DNA of 64,000 nucleotides from Nitrospirota bacterium. Its GTDB lineage: Bacteria > Nitrospirota > UBA9217. The position numbers were made by a program, and so were the translations under genes. The stretch lies in contig CAWBNQ010000014.1 of assembly GCA_963790205.1 (NCBI GenBank), forward strand, positions 288,001 through 352,000. Reading direction: 5' to 3'. The notes beneath the pieces are model-generated. The model was not told where the DNA came from, ran no database searches, and saw nothing but the letters and a program-made list of their open reading frames with translations. How positions within the stretch are numbered: position 1 is the first letter of the stretch; the number at the start of each line of letters is the position of its first letter. Shown here in pieces: positions 20,744 to 30,569 of this stretch.

Positions 20744-21682
20744 TCAATAACCCCTCTCCAGGTTCGCTTTTTTAAGACTGCGAACATTGATCAGCATCAG
20801 GACGGCGCCTATGGCGCCGGGAAGCACGATCAGCGTCAGGTTCACGATCATCGACGCCGCCAGCGTGAGGTGTTTCTCTATGCCGACTCCTCCCAACAGT
20901 TGCACCATAAGCGCGTCGGCCGATCCAAGCCCCGAAATGGATATGGGGAGCATGCGGAGTATGTTGATCAAAGGAGCTATGGCAAACGTGTAGCCCATCC
21001 CAATATGGGCCCCTACGGCCCAGACCGCAAGAAAATACATCAGGTTCGTGATCATCCATCCCACGATGGATATGATCAAAGCTCCGAAAAAGGTCGGTAG
21101 GCTCATATGAAAGGACCGCAAGAGAAGCTCGACATCAAGGTTCCTGTGCAACACTCTCTTCGCGAGCACCGCCAGCATCTTCCACAGCCAGCGGACGGGA
21201 ACCAGGAGAATGATGCCCGCAGGAACGGTCAGCGCCGCCGCCAGGAGGGCAAGCTTCGTATCCCCGGAGAAAAATCCCCCGATCGCCCCAAGCAGGAATA
21301 ACGAGAAGAGCGCCACAACCTTGTCCGAGAGCGACGTTGCCAGCATTTCCTCTTTATGGCCGTACTGTTGCCAGCCGTAATAGCTGCGGACCACATCGCC
21401 TGCGCTGGCGGGAAGGAACAGGTTCAAGGCCATCCCGATGAACGTTGCATTTGTTATGGAAGCCAGAGAAACCGGGATTCCCCTGCGGATCAACAGATAG
21501 TACCATCTCCACGCCCGCGCCAGTACGGCCGGGACCATAATCGCAGTTATTAAAGCTATGGATGAGTAACTGGCTCCCTTTAAGGAATCAGCTAATTGTT
21601 CCGGCGACACCATCCGGAACAACCACCAGAAGCAGGCAAAAGAGCCTAATGCCTGAATCAGAAATCGCGCCCGGTTATTCAT
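20744..21682 (-). CDS. Flippase-like membrane protein (lysylphosphatidylglycerol synthase TM / UPF0104 family)
   Basis: Multiple TM segments, RAWRW, NLFLPASAGDVVR, LPISISGLGS. Confidence 0.85.
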   Translation of the reverse strand: MNNRARFLIQALGSFACFWWLFRMVSPEQLADSLKGASYSSIALITAIMVPAVLARAWRWYYLLIRRGIPVSLASITNATFIGMALNLFLPASAGDVVRSYYGWQQYGHKEEMLATSLSDKVVALFSLFLLGAIGGFFSGDTKLALLAAALTVPAGIILLVPVRWLWKMLAVLAKRVLHRNLDVELLLRSFHMSLPTFFGALIISIVGWMITNLMYFLAVWAVGAHIGMGYTFAIAPLINILRMLPISISGLGSADALMVQLLGGVGIEKHLTLAASMIVNLTLIVLPGAIGAVLMLINVRSLKKANLERGY

Positions 21683-21749
21683 GATAACTTACCATTGGAT
21701 TTTCGATGCGGTTGCCTTTACGACAGGTCATATTTCCTAAATTTACTCC

Positions 21750-23423
21750 CTAATTGAACTTAAAAACGCTTATCTCTCCGAAAGGCTGCGTGAAAATGAG
21801 ACCCCTCTTCTGCTGTAAAAAGTTGTACACGATTCTGTCTTGATCGTAGAGATCTTCCCGCCTGGTAATTAACCATACCGGTGATTTCTCTGCAATCACG
21901 CTGCTTATCACGGGAATATCAGCAGGTCGTATACGTGAATCGAGACGCTCCAAAGCGATTCCTGAGTAGGACATTGGAAGCGGCAAAGGACTTATTTGAA
22001 GATTCTTGTTGGTAGTTCTCTTCGCGTAATATGAAAAAGGGACTTCGAGATAATTTGGAACAAACAACACAACATCTCCCCTGGCTTGCTGAACCACGGT
22101 CTGTGCAATCCTGTCCCAGGGTTCCTTCTTTTCCTTTTCATCCTTCACGTGATAGACATACGACCCGCTCAGGAAAAAGAGCGAAATTATGATTGTGGCA
22201 AGAACACGTTTCCTTGAATCGCGCAGCATCATGATCCCTGCAGCAACGGCTATAAAGAAAGGCACACTCACATATATAAGCGTCCTCGCAAGAAAGATCG
22301 GCCTGAACGTTAAACTGAACAGGAGTTCCATCAGAATTGGTCCGACTATTGCGCCAAGAATAAGGAGAGAGACATATTTGCCGGAACGTCTCCGGATATT
22401 CAGCAACCCCGCTGTGGCAAGGGTGATGAGAAACACAAAAGCACCTGCCCTGAGAAGCTCGTTTACCATTGAGGTGGTCCATGGGATCGAATGTCCACGG
22501 AGGAACCAGGCAACTGTCTTGATCTCATTTAGCACGGTGGTCCATGAGATCGAGGTCCCAAAGAGAAGCCAAACAACGGTATCAATTGCGGACAGGGCCG
22601 TTGGTTTTGAAATCGGAAGGCTCGTACTCATTGTTTGGGGTATAAGAAAGATCAGGTACGGACCCCACAGCAAGAATACAATAAAGGCAATCCCTGCAAT
22701 ATTGATAAGGAAAGTTTTATTAAACCTTAGTTGAAAGAAAAACCATGCCAGCATAATCAAGGATAGCGTAACAATGTATAAGATTGAGGTACTGTGGAGC
22801 CAAAGAGTAAACGTTACGGCGACTATTATGGTCATCCAGGGCAGGAACTTAAACCACCCGCTTCCCTTTGCGGGGTTCTGTTTCGGGTCGGACGATTTTC
22901 TGATTATGGGTTCGCAGGCTTCTGCCGGGTGGCGCATGATCCAGAGAAATGCACATAATGTCAAAGTTGCTGCAAACGTGAGCATCGCATATGGCCGGGC
23001 CTCCTGGGCATATTCGATATGCACGGAAAACACAGCAAACAGTAATGCTGCTATTGCACCTACCCAGCCCCCTTCAATAGATTCCCCCATGAGCCTGCCG
23101 AGCATGAAGACTAAGGGGATGCATCCTATGCTCATTACCGCGGACAAGCTTCGTAATCCTGCTTCACTTGACCCGAATAAGCTCCTCCAGATTTTTAAAA
23201 TCGTGTAATAGAGTGGAGGGTTTGTTTCAAATTTAGCTATAATGGTCCAAAGCTCGGGAATCGTTTTGCTTGAAAACCAATAACTCGCGGTTTCATCAAC
23301 CCAAAGCGATTGCTGACCAATTTGATAGAATCTGAGGAAGCAGCCCAGTATGATCGAGAACGCCAGCAGGTAACGATATTCGATCCGCCTTCCTTGGACC
23401 ATTGGCATGTCTTCGGATTTCAT
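21750..23423 (-). CDS. GT-C fold integral membrane glycosyltransferase (GT39/GT83, PMT-like)
   Basis: LRFYQIGQQSLWVDE, NPPLYY, YAQEARPYAM and many TM helices; visibly more AT-rich than its neighbours. Confidence 0.85.
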   Translation of the reverse strand: MKSEDMPMVQGRRIEYRYLLAFSIILGCFLRFYQIGQQSLWVDETASYWFSSKTIPELWTIIAKFETNPPLYYTILKIWRSLFGSSEAGLRSLSAVMSIGCIPLVFMLGRLMGESIEGGWVGAIAALLFAVFSVHIEYAQEARPYAMLTFAATLTLCAFLWIMRHPAEACEPIIRKSSDPKQNPAKGSGWFKFLPWMTIIVAVTFTLWLHSTSILYIVTLSLIMLAWFFFQLRFNKTFLINIAGIAFIVFLLWGPYLIFLIPQTMSTSLPISKPTALSAIDTVVWLLFGTSISWTTVLNEIKTVAWFLRGHSIPWTTSMVNELLRAGAFVFLITLATAGLLNIRRRSGKYVSLLILGAIVGPILMELLFSLTFRPIFLARTLIYVSVPFFIAVAAGIMMLRDSRKRVLATIIISLFFLSGSYVYHVKDEKEKKEPWDRIAQTVVQQARGDVVLFVPNYLEVPFSYYAKRTTNKNLQISPLPLPMSYSGIALERLDSRIRPADIPVISSVIAEKSPVWLITRREDLYDQDRIVYNFLQQKRGLIFTQPFGEISVFKFN

Positions 23424-23448
23424 TCTCTTCTCCGTTGGCCTGCAGGTA

Positions 23449-24594
23449 TCAAAGCCCCAGGTACCGGGCTATGATGTTTCTCTGGATCTCCGAGGTCCCG
23501 GAATACAGAGTGCCCCCGATGGCATCCCGGAGGTCGCGTTCCACTTCGTATTCCGTCGTATAACCGTACCCGCCGTGGATCTGAATGGCATCGAGACAGG
23601 AATGCACCCAGGACTCGCTCAGGTATAATTTTGCAAGAGCTGCATCCATGGCTGCTTTCCCGCGGGCCTGTTTCGTCCATGCCACTTTGTACAGAAGGAG
23701 CCTGGCGGTTTCCATCCGCACCTTCATGTCCACGATTTTGTTGGCAATGGACTGGTACTTTCCGATCGACTTGCCAAATTGCTTTCGTTCCTTGGAATAC
23801 CTGATGCATTGCTCCAGCTGCCGCTCCATCCCACCCAGCAGGCTGGCCAGGATGCAGCCCCGTTCCCATTCCACGGTGTCTTCGAAGATCGCCGCGCCGT
23901 TCCCCTCCTTGCCGAGACGGTTCTCCACGGGCACCTTGCAGTCCTCCAGGATCAGCTCGGCCATGGGTGCGGTCCGTAAGCCCATTTTCTCGATGTCCCT
24001 TCCTACACGGAACCCGGGGAAACCTTTCTCCACAAGAAAGGCGGTGACGCCCATGAACCCCTTGCGTTTATCCACCGTGGCAAATACTATAAAAAGATCG
24101 GCCACGGGCGCCGAGGTGCAGAATGTCTTCGTGCCGTTCAGGACATAATGGTCGCCATCCAGCTTTGCCATGGTCGTCATGCTGAAGGCATCGGAGCCTG
24201 CGTCCGGCTCCGTCACGCCGTTCGCCCCGACCAGTTCGCCACTGCAGAGCCGGGGCAGGTATTTGTCCTTTTGCGCGTCCGTGCCGAACCTCAGGATCGG
24301 CATCTGCACGGTCCACATCTGGCCGTTGATCGCGAAGATCAGGCCGCTGTCCTTGCACCCGTATCCCAGGCCCTCCATCAGGAGCATGGTGCTGAAGATA
24401 TCGGCGTTCAGCCCGCCGTACTGCTCGGGAAATGCTGAGCCCTGGATGCCGAATTCGGCGCACTTTTTCCAGAGCTCGCGGGAGAAGATGCCGCACCGGT
24501 CCCGTTCAATGACATCGTCGTTCAGCGCCTTTTGAGCAAACTGGATGGCGCTTTTTTTGAACTCCAACTGTTCTTCGCTGAATTCGAAATCCAC
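23449..24594 (-). CDS. Acyl-CoA dehydrogenase family, L-prolyl-carrier-protein dehydrogenase-like (PltE/RedW/AnaB type)
   Basis: GLGYGCKDSGLIF, TEPDAGSD, EWERG, RKQFG, IHGGYGY, YSGTSEIQR; AAGGAGGT RBS with GTG start. Confidence 0.9.
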   Translation of the reverse strand: MDFEFSEEQLEFKKSAIQFAQKALNDDVIERDRCGIFSRELWKKCAEFGIQGSAFPEQYGGLNADIFSTMLLMEGLGYGCKDSGLIFAINGQMWTVQMPILRFGTDAQKDKYLPRLCSGELVGANGVTEPDAGSDAFSMTTMAKLDGDHYVLNGTKTFCTSAPVADLFIVFATVDKRKGFMGVTAFLVEKGFPGFRVGRDIEKMGLRTAPMAELILEDCKVPVENRLGKEGNGAAIFEDTVEWERGCILASLLGGMERQLEQCIRYSKERKQFGKSIGKYQSIANKIVDMKVRMETARLLLYKVAWTKQARGKAAMDAALAKLYLSESWVHSCLDAIQIHGGYGYTTEYEVERDLRDAIGGTLYSGTSEIQRNIIARYLGL

Positions 24595-24623
24595 AATGCC
24601 ACCTCCTTCCGCACCCTTGTTGC

Positions 24624-24672
24624 TGGAATAGCCCTTTCAACCTGCCGGGCGTGCTCCCGGACCCGCCGGCAT
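24624..24672. repeat. About 50 bp inverted repeat, left arm (pairs with 25846-25895)
   Basis: tggaatagccctttcaacctgccgggcgtgctcccggacccgccggcat is the near reverse complement of atgccggcaggaatccgggagcatgtccggcggttgaaagggctattcca. Confidence 0.85.
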
Positions 24673-24726
24673 CTCAGGGAGATATTACCAATATTGCCCC
24701 TGTTGTGCATCGTGTTATGGCTATTT

Positions 24727-25734
24727 TCATCTTCTGTATGAACTGTTATTCGAAAGACGTTTCAAAAATGTTTTAACTGCAGAGAAGAATATGAACGAAT
24801 CATGTTCTTTTCCGGATTCCTGGTATTCTTCAATAATATTTTTATAATAACCCTCAAAAAAGAATTGAGCGTTTATATTATAAGACGCTGCCATTTTTTT
24901 TACTCTTGTTGCCATTTGCAGTGTACTTTGAGAAACGGTCTTTGTACTTACCTCGTCAAAATTTAAGGAAAACATAACGTTGCTGCACTTAATGTCTTGA
25001 CATAATTGCAGGAAATTTGCTACTTCATCTTCTCTATCATTGTCTTTAAATAAAATATATTTTAACCCGACATTACTCGCATTATTTGAACAAGCAACGT
25101 AGTTTTTAATGTTATTAACGACAGTATGAAACTTGTCTACGCCATGTACGATCTTATAAACGTCGAGAGTCCCGCAATCCAGGCTTATACAAATTGTACA
25201 AGCGCCAACCTTAAGTAAGTTGGCAATTTGTTCCGAAAATACGATAGCATTGGTATTGACAGACTGTTTCTTATTTTTTAAAAATATATATTCGCTGGTA
25301 TCCTTAAATTCCGGGAGTATGGTTGGTTCGCCGCCTCCCCAATGAAAATAGGCATTTTCATGAAGAATGTTCGATTCCAAAAGATCTACAATGGTCGGAT
25401 AAATATTGTATGAAGGGGAGGGGTGTTTCCAAAAGTCACAGTAAACACACTTGGCATTACAAATAGATCGTTGATGGTTTATAGCAACATTCCGTATTTG
25501 CATTGATTGGCTTGGTTGTTCCTTGTCTTGTAACAACGGGCATTTATTACAAGGTCCTTCATTGTTCTGATTCGCTTCAGAAGCAATTGAAAGGGCCTTT
25601 CTATATTGATCTAAAGGGAATTTCCCTCCAGAATACGACACATGAGGCGGGACGATCCTCAAAATGTCACAGCACGGTTGAATCCGGTCAGGTTCAATGT
25701 TCAGGTTAGTGTAAAAAAGCTCACAATATTTCAT
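24727..25734 (-). CDS. Radical SAM protein, strongly AT-rich
   Basis: CNAKCVYC, WGGGEP, NTNAI, ISLDCGT; extra N-terminal cysteines; GGAGG RBS before MKYCELF. Confidence 0.88.
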   Translation of the reverse strand: MKYCELFYTNLNIEPDRIQPCCDILRIVPPHVSYSGGKFPLDQYRKALSIASEANQNNEGPCNKCPLLQDKEQPSQSMQIRNVAINHQRSICNAKCVYCDFWKHPSPSYNIYPTIVDLLESNILHENAYFHWGGGEPTILPEFKDTSEYIFLKNKKQSVNTNAIVFSEQIANLLKVGACTICISLDCGTLDVYKIVHGVDKFHTVVNNIKNYVACSNNASNVGLKYILFKDNDREDEVANFLQLCQDIKCSNVMFSLNFDEVSTKTVSQSTLQMATRVKKMAASYNINAQFFFEGYYKNIIEEYQESGKEHDSFIFFSAVKTFLKRLSNNSSYRR

Positions 25735-25744
25735 TGCATCCTCC

Positions 25745-25838
25745 ATGCTTTTTGTTCATTAGAGCAGAATCTCAGTATCGGCATCTGCACAGTCCACTTC
25801 CGGCTGCTGATCGCGAAAATCAAGCCGCTGTTCTTTCC
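25745..25838 (-). pseudogene. Short degenerate internal fragment of the neighbouring acyl-CoA dehydrogenase
   Basis: Translates KNSGLIFAISSRKWTVQMPILRFCSNEQK versus KDSGLIFAINGQMWTVQMPILRFGTDAQK at about 24268-24355. Confidence 0.85.
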
Positions 25839-25845
25839 CAAAGAA

Positions 25846-25895
25846 ATGCCGGCAGGAATCCGGGAGCATGTCCGGCGGTTGAAAGGGCTATTCCA
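25846..25895. repeat. About 50 bp inverted repeat, right arm (pairs with 24624-24672)
   Basis: Near reverse complement of 24624-24672. Confidence 0.85.
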
Positions 25896-25941
25896 ATTGA
25901 TCGTCGGACAATGAGTGCAGGGCCTGGACCACTGGCGAAAA

Positions 25942-26193
25942 CTACTTGTTCTGCATCTTCTGTTCGACAAACTTGACCATGCTGTTAAGACTTTGAAAGT
26001 TCTCGGGGACCACATCCTCGTCCCTCACCTTTATGCCGTGGGCCTTCTCCAGAAAAACCACCAGCTTCAGGATTCCCATTGAATCGATGATCCTTTGTTC
26101 GAGAAGGTCCTCATCAGGGTCCAGTGACTGCTTGCCAAAGTCAGCGGCTATCTCCGTAAGCAGGAACTTTTCGATATTTTTTGAAGTCGTCAT
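25942..26193 (-). CDS. Acyl/peptidyl carrier protein (PltL/RedO/AnaD-like)
   Basis: 83 aa, DLLEQRIIDSMGILKLVVFLE (phosphopantetheine Ser), PENFQSL; GAGGAGG RBS. Confidence 0.92.
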   Translation of the reverse strand: MTTSKNIEKFLLTEIAADFGKQSLDPDEDLLEQRIIDSMGILKLVVFLEKAHGIKVRDEDVVPENFQSLNSMVKFVEQKMQNK

Positions 26194-26292
26194 CGGAATA
26201 CCTCCTCACCTTGCTCTCATTTTGTCGATTCTCACTGCTGAACTCTTTTTGGGATTCAATTCCTGCCCAACTGACGGGAAATTCTTCACTGC

Positions 26293-27273
26293 CTACGCAC
26301 CTTCGGGAAAGCCGCCAAATGCTTCAACATATTGACCGGGCCGCCACGAACCCCTTACCATGAGAATATTGAGACAATAGAGTTTGAAACCCAGTCCCTC
26401 AAGGGCCCTGACGAGCAAAGAATCCCTGGCCGTGACGCGCGTTTGACACGGCCTCTCGCCGAAGACTCCTACTGCATGGTGGAACAGGCCCTGAGCTTCC
26501 TCTTCTCCTTCGGCGACCAGGGGGCCAAGCTGCACCGATCGTGAGCCGGGAAGACACGCCAGAAATCCCCGGATCTGCGAGCGATCTCGATGGACAAAAA
26601 CCTTGCCCCATTTGACATAATAGGCAAGGTCTGGCCTGCGGTCCAGTTTGCTTCTTGGAATATCATAGGTGGATACCGCATCGAGGTCGTTCGTTGTTAA
26701 TTCACTTATTGTGACGCACGGATCCTTTCCCGTTCGTACGCCTGGATTCAGAAAGAGATCCAGCAGCTCCGTCACCGGCATGAAATCGAGTGAGTAATAC
26801 AAAGAAAAGGACGCAGGATTGAACGCCTCCTGGAAAAGTCTTAGGCTCTGCAGACCTTCCGCCCTCTTGAGAAGAGCGTTCATCAACTGTCGTCCGATTC
26901 CCTGTCCTTGAAAGGAGGGATCAACGGCAACAGGCCCAACGCCTCCAAGATCGCCCCGCGGATTGAGACAACAGATACCTACCGCACGATCTTCCACCTC
27001 GGCGATCAGGATTTCACCCGGACCATGGCGAAGCATGGCCCAGGCCCAGGATGTTCCTTCCTGCGCGCTCTGCATTCTCGGAGCGTATCCATGTTTCGAT
27101 GCACCGACAGTGTACGCCTTGAAGAGGATTTCTCCCGCCCGGTCCAGGTCCGCTCTGGTCATATTCCGTATCCGGGTCTGTACCTGCGCTTCCTGAACAC
27201 TGAGAATCGGCGGATTCTGGGGCTTTTCCGCAGGGTGCTCTCCGGCCAAATTGTCGCGATCATCGTATGTCAT
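26293..27273 (-). CDS. Tandem GNAT-family N-acyltransferase
   Basis: VAVDPSFQGQGIGRQLM acyl-CoA motif, NPASFSLYYSLDF, second degenerate GNAT (LGPLVA). Start uncertain. Confidence 0.85.
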   Translation of the reverse strand: MTYDDRDNLAGEHPAEKPQNPPILSVQEAQVQTRIRNMTRADLDRAGEILFKAYTVGASKHGYAPRMQSAQEGTSWAWAMLRHGPGEILIAEVEDRAVGICCLNPRGDLGGVGPVAVDPSFQGQGIGRQLMNALLKRAEGLQSLRLFQEAFNPASFSLYYSLDFMPVTELLDLFLNPGVRTGKDPCVTISELTTNDLDAVSTYDIPRSKLDRRPDLAYYVKWGKVFVHRDRSQIRGFLACLPGSRSVQLGPLVAEGEEEAQGLFHHAVGVFGERPCQTRVTARDSLLVRALEGLGFKLYCLNILMVRGSWRPGQYVEAFGGFPEGA

Positions 27274-27386
27274 ACGTGGTGATCTAACCGGACATCCAGG
27301 AAGAGGGACCAGCATAGGGTTCCTCTGTTCTCCCTACGCCCGCCCTGCCGTCCATGCGTCGTTCGGGTCGTTCTTTCTTCGCCTGT

Positions 27387-28100
27387 TTACTGCGGGTCAA
27401 AGCCCGGCGACGATCTGCGGGCCCGGACGGGCCACATGAGCCACGTCCTCAGCTCGTCGCTCCGCTTGGGATGCAGCTCGGGCGGGGCGTTGAGATACAC
27501 CCCTTTTCCCCGGGTATTTCTGGTGATCGATACGCCGCTTCCAACAAGGCACTCGCTGGCGACCGTGACTTCCTCTTTCACGGTCGCATTCGCCCCGATA
27601 AAGCTGTATTTTCCCACCGTAACTCCGCCTAAGAGAACAGCGCCGGGAGCGATGAAGCAGTGATCCTTCAATACTGCATGGTGTCCGATGATCGCGCCGG
27701 ATGCCACGATCACGTTATTGCCGATCTCGGCAAAGGGGCCGATGATGGCTTTTTCCATGATGATGCAATTATCGCCCATCACCAGGCCCGGGTACGACGT
27801 AGCCGAGGAGCTGAGGTGCGTGATCAGCTGATATCCCTTGGTTTTCGCTTGAAAATACTTCTCTTCTCTTAACCTGTTGACCCTCTGAAAACTGAGAGGG
27901 ATGCTCATCTTGTACTCTGAAGGGGGAAACGAGGATTCAACGGTCTCGAAGGGAACAACAGGCAGCCCGAACAATTTCTCTTCCTTTATGTATTTGCGGT
28001 CTACGGTAAATGCAGCTACTTCATAGGGGGAGTCATGGGTCAGAAGAGCGTAAATATGCTCGGCAAATACACTGTTTCCAAAAATAACTACTTTTTCCAT
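27387..28100 (-). CDS. Hexapeptide-repeat sugar acyltransferase (NeuD/PglD/VioB-like)
   Basis: VVIFGN Rossmann-like start, left-handed beta-helix repeats (MGDNCII, IGNNVIV, IIGHH, VGKYSFIG). Confidence 0.9.
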   Translation of the reverse strand: MEKVVIFGNSVFAEHIYALLTHDSPYEVAAFTVDRKYIKEEKLFGLPVVPFETVESSFPPSEYKMSIPLSFQRVNRLREEKYFQAKTKGYQLITHLSSSATSYPGLVMGDNCIIMEKAIIGPFAEIGNNVIVASGAIIGHHAVLKDHCFIAPGAVLLGGVTVGKYSFIGANATVKEEVTVASECLVGSGVSITRNTRGKGVYLNAPPELHPKRSDELRTWLMWPVRARRSSPGFDPQ

Positions 28101-28227
28101 TTCAGCTTTCCTTTCATGAGGCGGTAAAACACTGAGTAAAGGCTGTTCGTTCCTGAACATGCTGGCAACGTGTGAGAGAAATAACCGGACACCTGTGCAG
28201 GACACATGCTTCAATCGGGAGCAGCCG

Positions 28228-29526
28228 TCACGCCTCCTGGTGTTCCCGGAACAGGGTCTTGATCTCTTGATCTTCACCAAGGTATTCCGTTGTCCATTTC
28301 AGCACGGGCTGCACAACGCCTGGCGCTCTGCCAAACCAGGAGCCTTGTCTTTCTCTCATGTCATGAATATTGATTGCCACCCGGCTTTCATAGCTATAAA
28401 TTATGGAGCTTATATCTTTTACAGCAAACACTACAAACCGATGTGAGCCGCTATTCAACAAATCGCCGGGGACAGAGCATATGCTGCGCAACTTACCTGC
28501 CGGCATCGGACGATTATTCGGCTTGCCTGTGGCAAAGGCAATAACTCCTTCCTCGGTATACAGGTAAAGGGCTATATGTAAATGCGCATCGGCAACCAAG
28601 TTCCAGAATTCTACTTCCACCTGAAATGGTGTCTCCATGGTCAGGGGATCGGACAGGCGGCCGTCCTGACGCAGCACACGCACACGGTGGAGCCGCACCA
28701 TGTCATTACCCGGCGCCTCACTGATGTCATCCCAGACCTCTTCAGACAGATCCGCGCCCTTCTCGTACCCTGACAGGTACCTTGTCACGATCTGCGCCGT
28801 CGGACCGTCCTCGACGATCCTTCCGCCGTCCACCCATATCACCCGCTCGCACAGGCTGTTCACGGCGATCATATTGTGGCTGATAAAGAGCACCGTCCGC
28901 CCGCCCTTTGCTGCGTCACCTATCTTGGCCAGACACTTTTTCTGGAAGGCGACATCGCCGACCGACAGGACTTCGTCAACCAGGAGGATCTCCGGCTCAA
29001 GATGAGCAGCCACGGCAAAGCCCAGGCGCACATACATGCCGCTGGAATAGCGTTTCACGGGAACTTCAAGGAACTTCTCGATCTCGGCAAAGTCGACGAT
29101 GGAGTCGAAATGACGGCGAATTTCCTCCTTCTTCATGCCAATGACGGCGCCGCTCAGGTAGATGTTTTCCCTCCCGGTCAGTTCAGGGTGGAAGCCGGTG
29201 CCCACTTCCAGCAGGGAACCGACCCGTCCGTAGATCTCGGCCCGGCCCGAAGTAGGCACGGTTATCCGGGAAAGGATCTTGAGCAGCGTGCTTTTCCCGG
29301 CCCCGTTCTGGCCAATGATGCCGACGATCTCACCCTGCCTGACCTCACAGGAAACATCTTTCAGTGCCCAGAAGGCGTTCTCGTTCCGATGAGGTCGTCC
29401 GATGTTCCGGAACAGGGATTTCAGACCGCTCGTAACCTGCTCGCGCAGGCTGTCGCTGCGGTATTTGGCTGCCGCGATATTATACTGTTTGGACAGGTTT
29501 TCGGCTCGAATCGTGATATCACTCAT
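28228..29526 (-). CDS. wzt: Polysaccharide ABC transporter ATP-binding protein with Wzt C-terminal domain
   Basis: GQNGAGKST, YSSGMYVRL, LLVDE, FISH. Confidence 0.93.
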   Translation of the reverse strand: MSDITIRAENLSKQYNIAAAKYRSDSLREQVTSGLKSLFRNIGRPHRNENAFWALKDVSCEVRQGEIVGIIGQNGAGKSTLLKILSRITVPTSGRAEIYGRVGSLLEVGTGFHPELTGRENIYLSGAVIGMKKEEIRRHFDSIVDFAEIEKFLEVPVKRYSSGMYVRLGFAVAAHLEPEILLVDEVLSVGDVAFQKKCLAKIGDAAKGGRTVLFISHNMIAVNSLCERVIWVDGGRIVEDGPTAQIVTRYLSGYEKGADLSEEVWDDISEAPGNDMVRLHRVRVLRQDGRLSDPLTMETPFQVEVEFWNLVADAHLHIALYLYTEEGVIAFATGKPNNRPMPAGKLRSICSVPGDLLNSGSHRFVVFAVKDISSIIYSYESRVAINIHDMRERQGSWFGRAPGVVQPVLKWTTEYLGEDQEIKTLFREHQEA

Positions 29527-29607
29527 GAAATTCCCCTTATGAACTGCGATGCTGGACCCGATCCATAAGCAACGAATAAAGCTTTTTCCTCCCCGGTGAC
29601 CGCGGCA

Positions 29608-30456
29608 TTAAATAACATCGGCGAATGTCTGCTCCATCCGCTTGAAGTAAACGATTCCGCCCAACAGCAGTGCCAGCACCACGGATGAGCTGATTGCGAT
29701 CATCGTGAAGTCCGGGCTCCCCTTTCCGAGCAGCGCCCACCGGAAACCCTCGATCACCCCTGCCATGGGGTTCAGGCTGTAGAGCAACCGCCATTTCTGC
29801 GGGACCACGCTGACGGGGTATACTACGGGCGATGCGTACATCCAGACCTGGCTCAGGAAGGGTATGATGTAACTCACATCCCGGTACCTCACGTTGAGGG
29901 ACGAGAGCCAGAGCGTCATTGCCATGGCTGTCATGAAGGCGAGGCCCATAAACAGAGGCAGCGCCAATAATCCCCACGCGGGCGCGACGTGAAACCATGC
30001 CATCAGGGCCAGCAGCATCAGGAACGAGAGAAGGAAATCCACTGCAGGCGCGGCCGTAGCGGCGAGAGGGAGCAGCAATCGCGGGAAATAGATTTTCGTG
30101 ATCAGGTTGGAACTGCCGACCACGCTGTTCCCGCCGCGCGTAAGGACCTGCGAAAAGAATGTCCAGGGAAGCAGCCCGGCGTACGCAAAGACAGGATAGG
30201 GCACGCCGTCAGAGGGAATCTTGGCCAGAATGCCGAAGATCAGAGTAAATATGATCATGTTGATCAGCGGCTGGATCACGGCCCAGCTGGCCCCGATGGC
30301 CGTCTGCTTGTAGCGAACGATGATGTCCCGCCAGGCCATGAAGTAAAGCAGCTCCCGGTAGCGCCAGAGCTCGCCCAGGTCAAGCTGCAATAGCCTCTGG
30401 CGGGATTGAACTACCACTGAAGGTTTTTTCGATGTTCTTCCTGCTGCCAATTCCAT
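29608..30456 (-). CDS. wzm: Polysaccharide ABC transporter permease
   Basis: LWRYRELL..RDIIVRYKQT..G.SW, KIYFPR, LNVRYRD, LNPM. Confidence 0.93.
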   Translation of the reverse strand: MELAAGRTSKKPSVVVQSRQRLLQLDLGELWRYRELLYFMAWRDIIVRYKQTAIGASWAVIQPLINMIIFTLIFGILAKIPSDGVPYPVFAYAGLLPWTFFSQVLTRGGNSVVGSSNLITKIYFPRLLLPLAATAAPAVDFLLSFLMLLALMAWFHVAPAWGLLALPLFMGLAFMTAMAMTLWLSSLNVRYRDVSYIIPFLSQVWMYASPVVYPVSVVPQKWRLLYSLNPMAGVIEGFRWALLGKGSPDFTMIAISSSVVLALLLGGIVYFKRMEQTFADVI

Positions 30457-30569
30457 TTCGTGCACCTCTTGTTCGGCGAAGTCCAATACCGGACTCACTC
30501 CGGATCACGGTTCATACTTGTTCGCTCTGCCGTACAAAAAAGATTCGGCATAGAAAGAAGTTCATGAGC

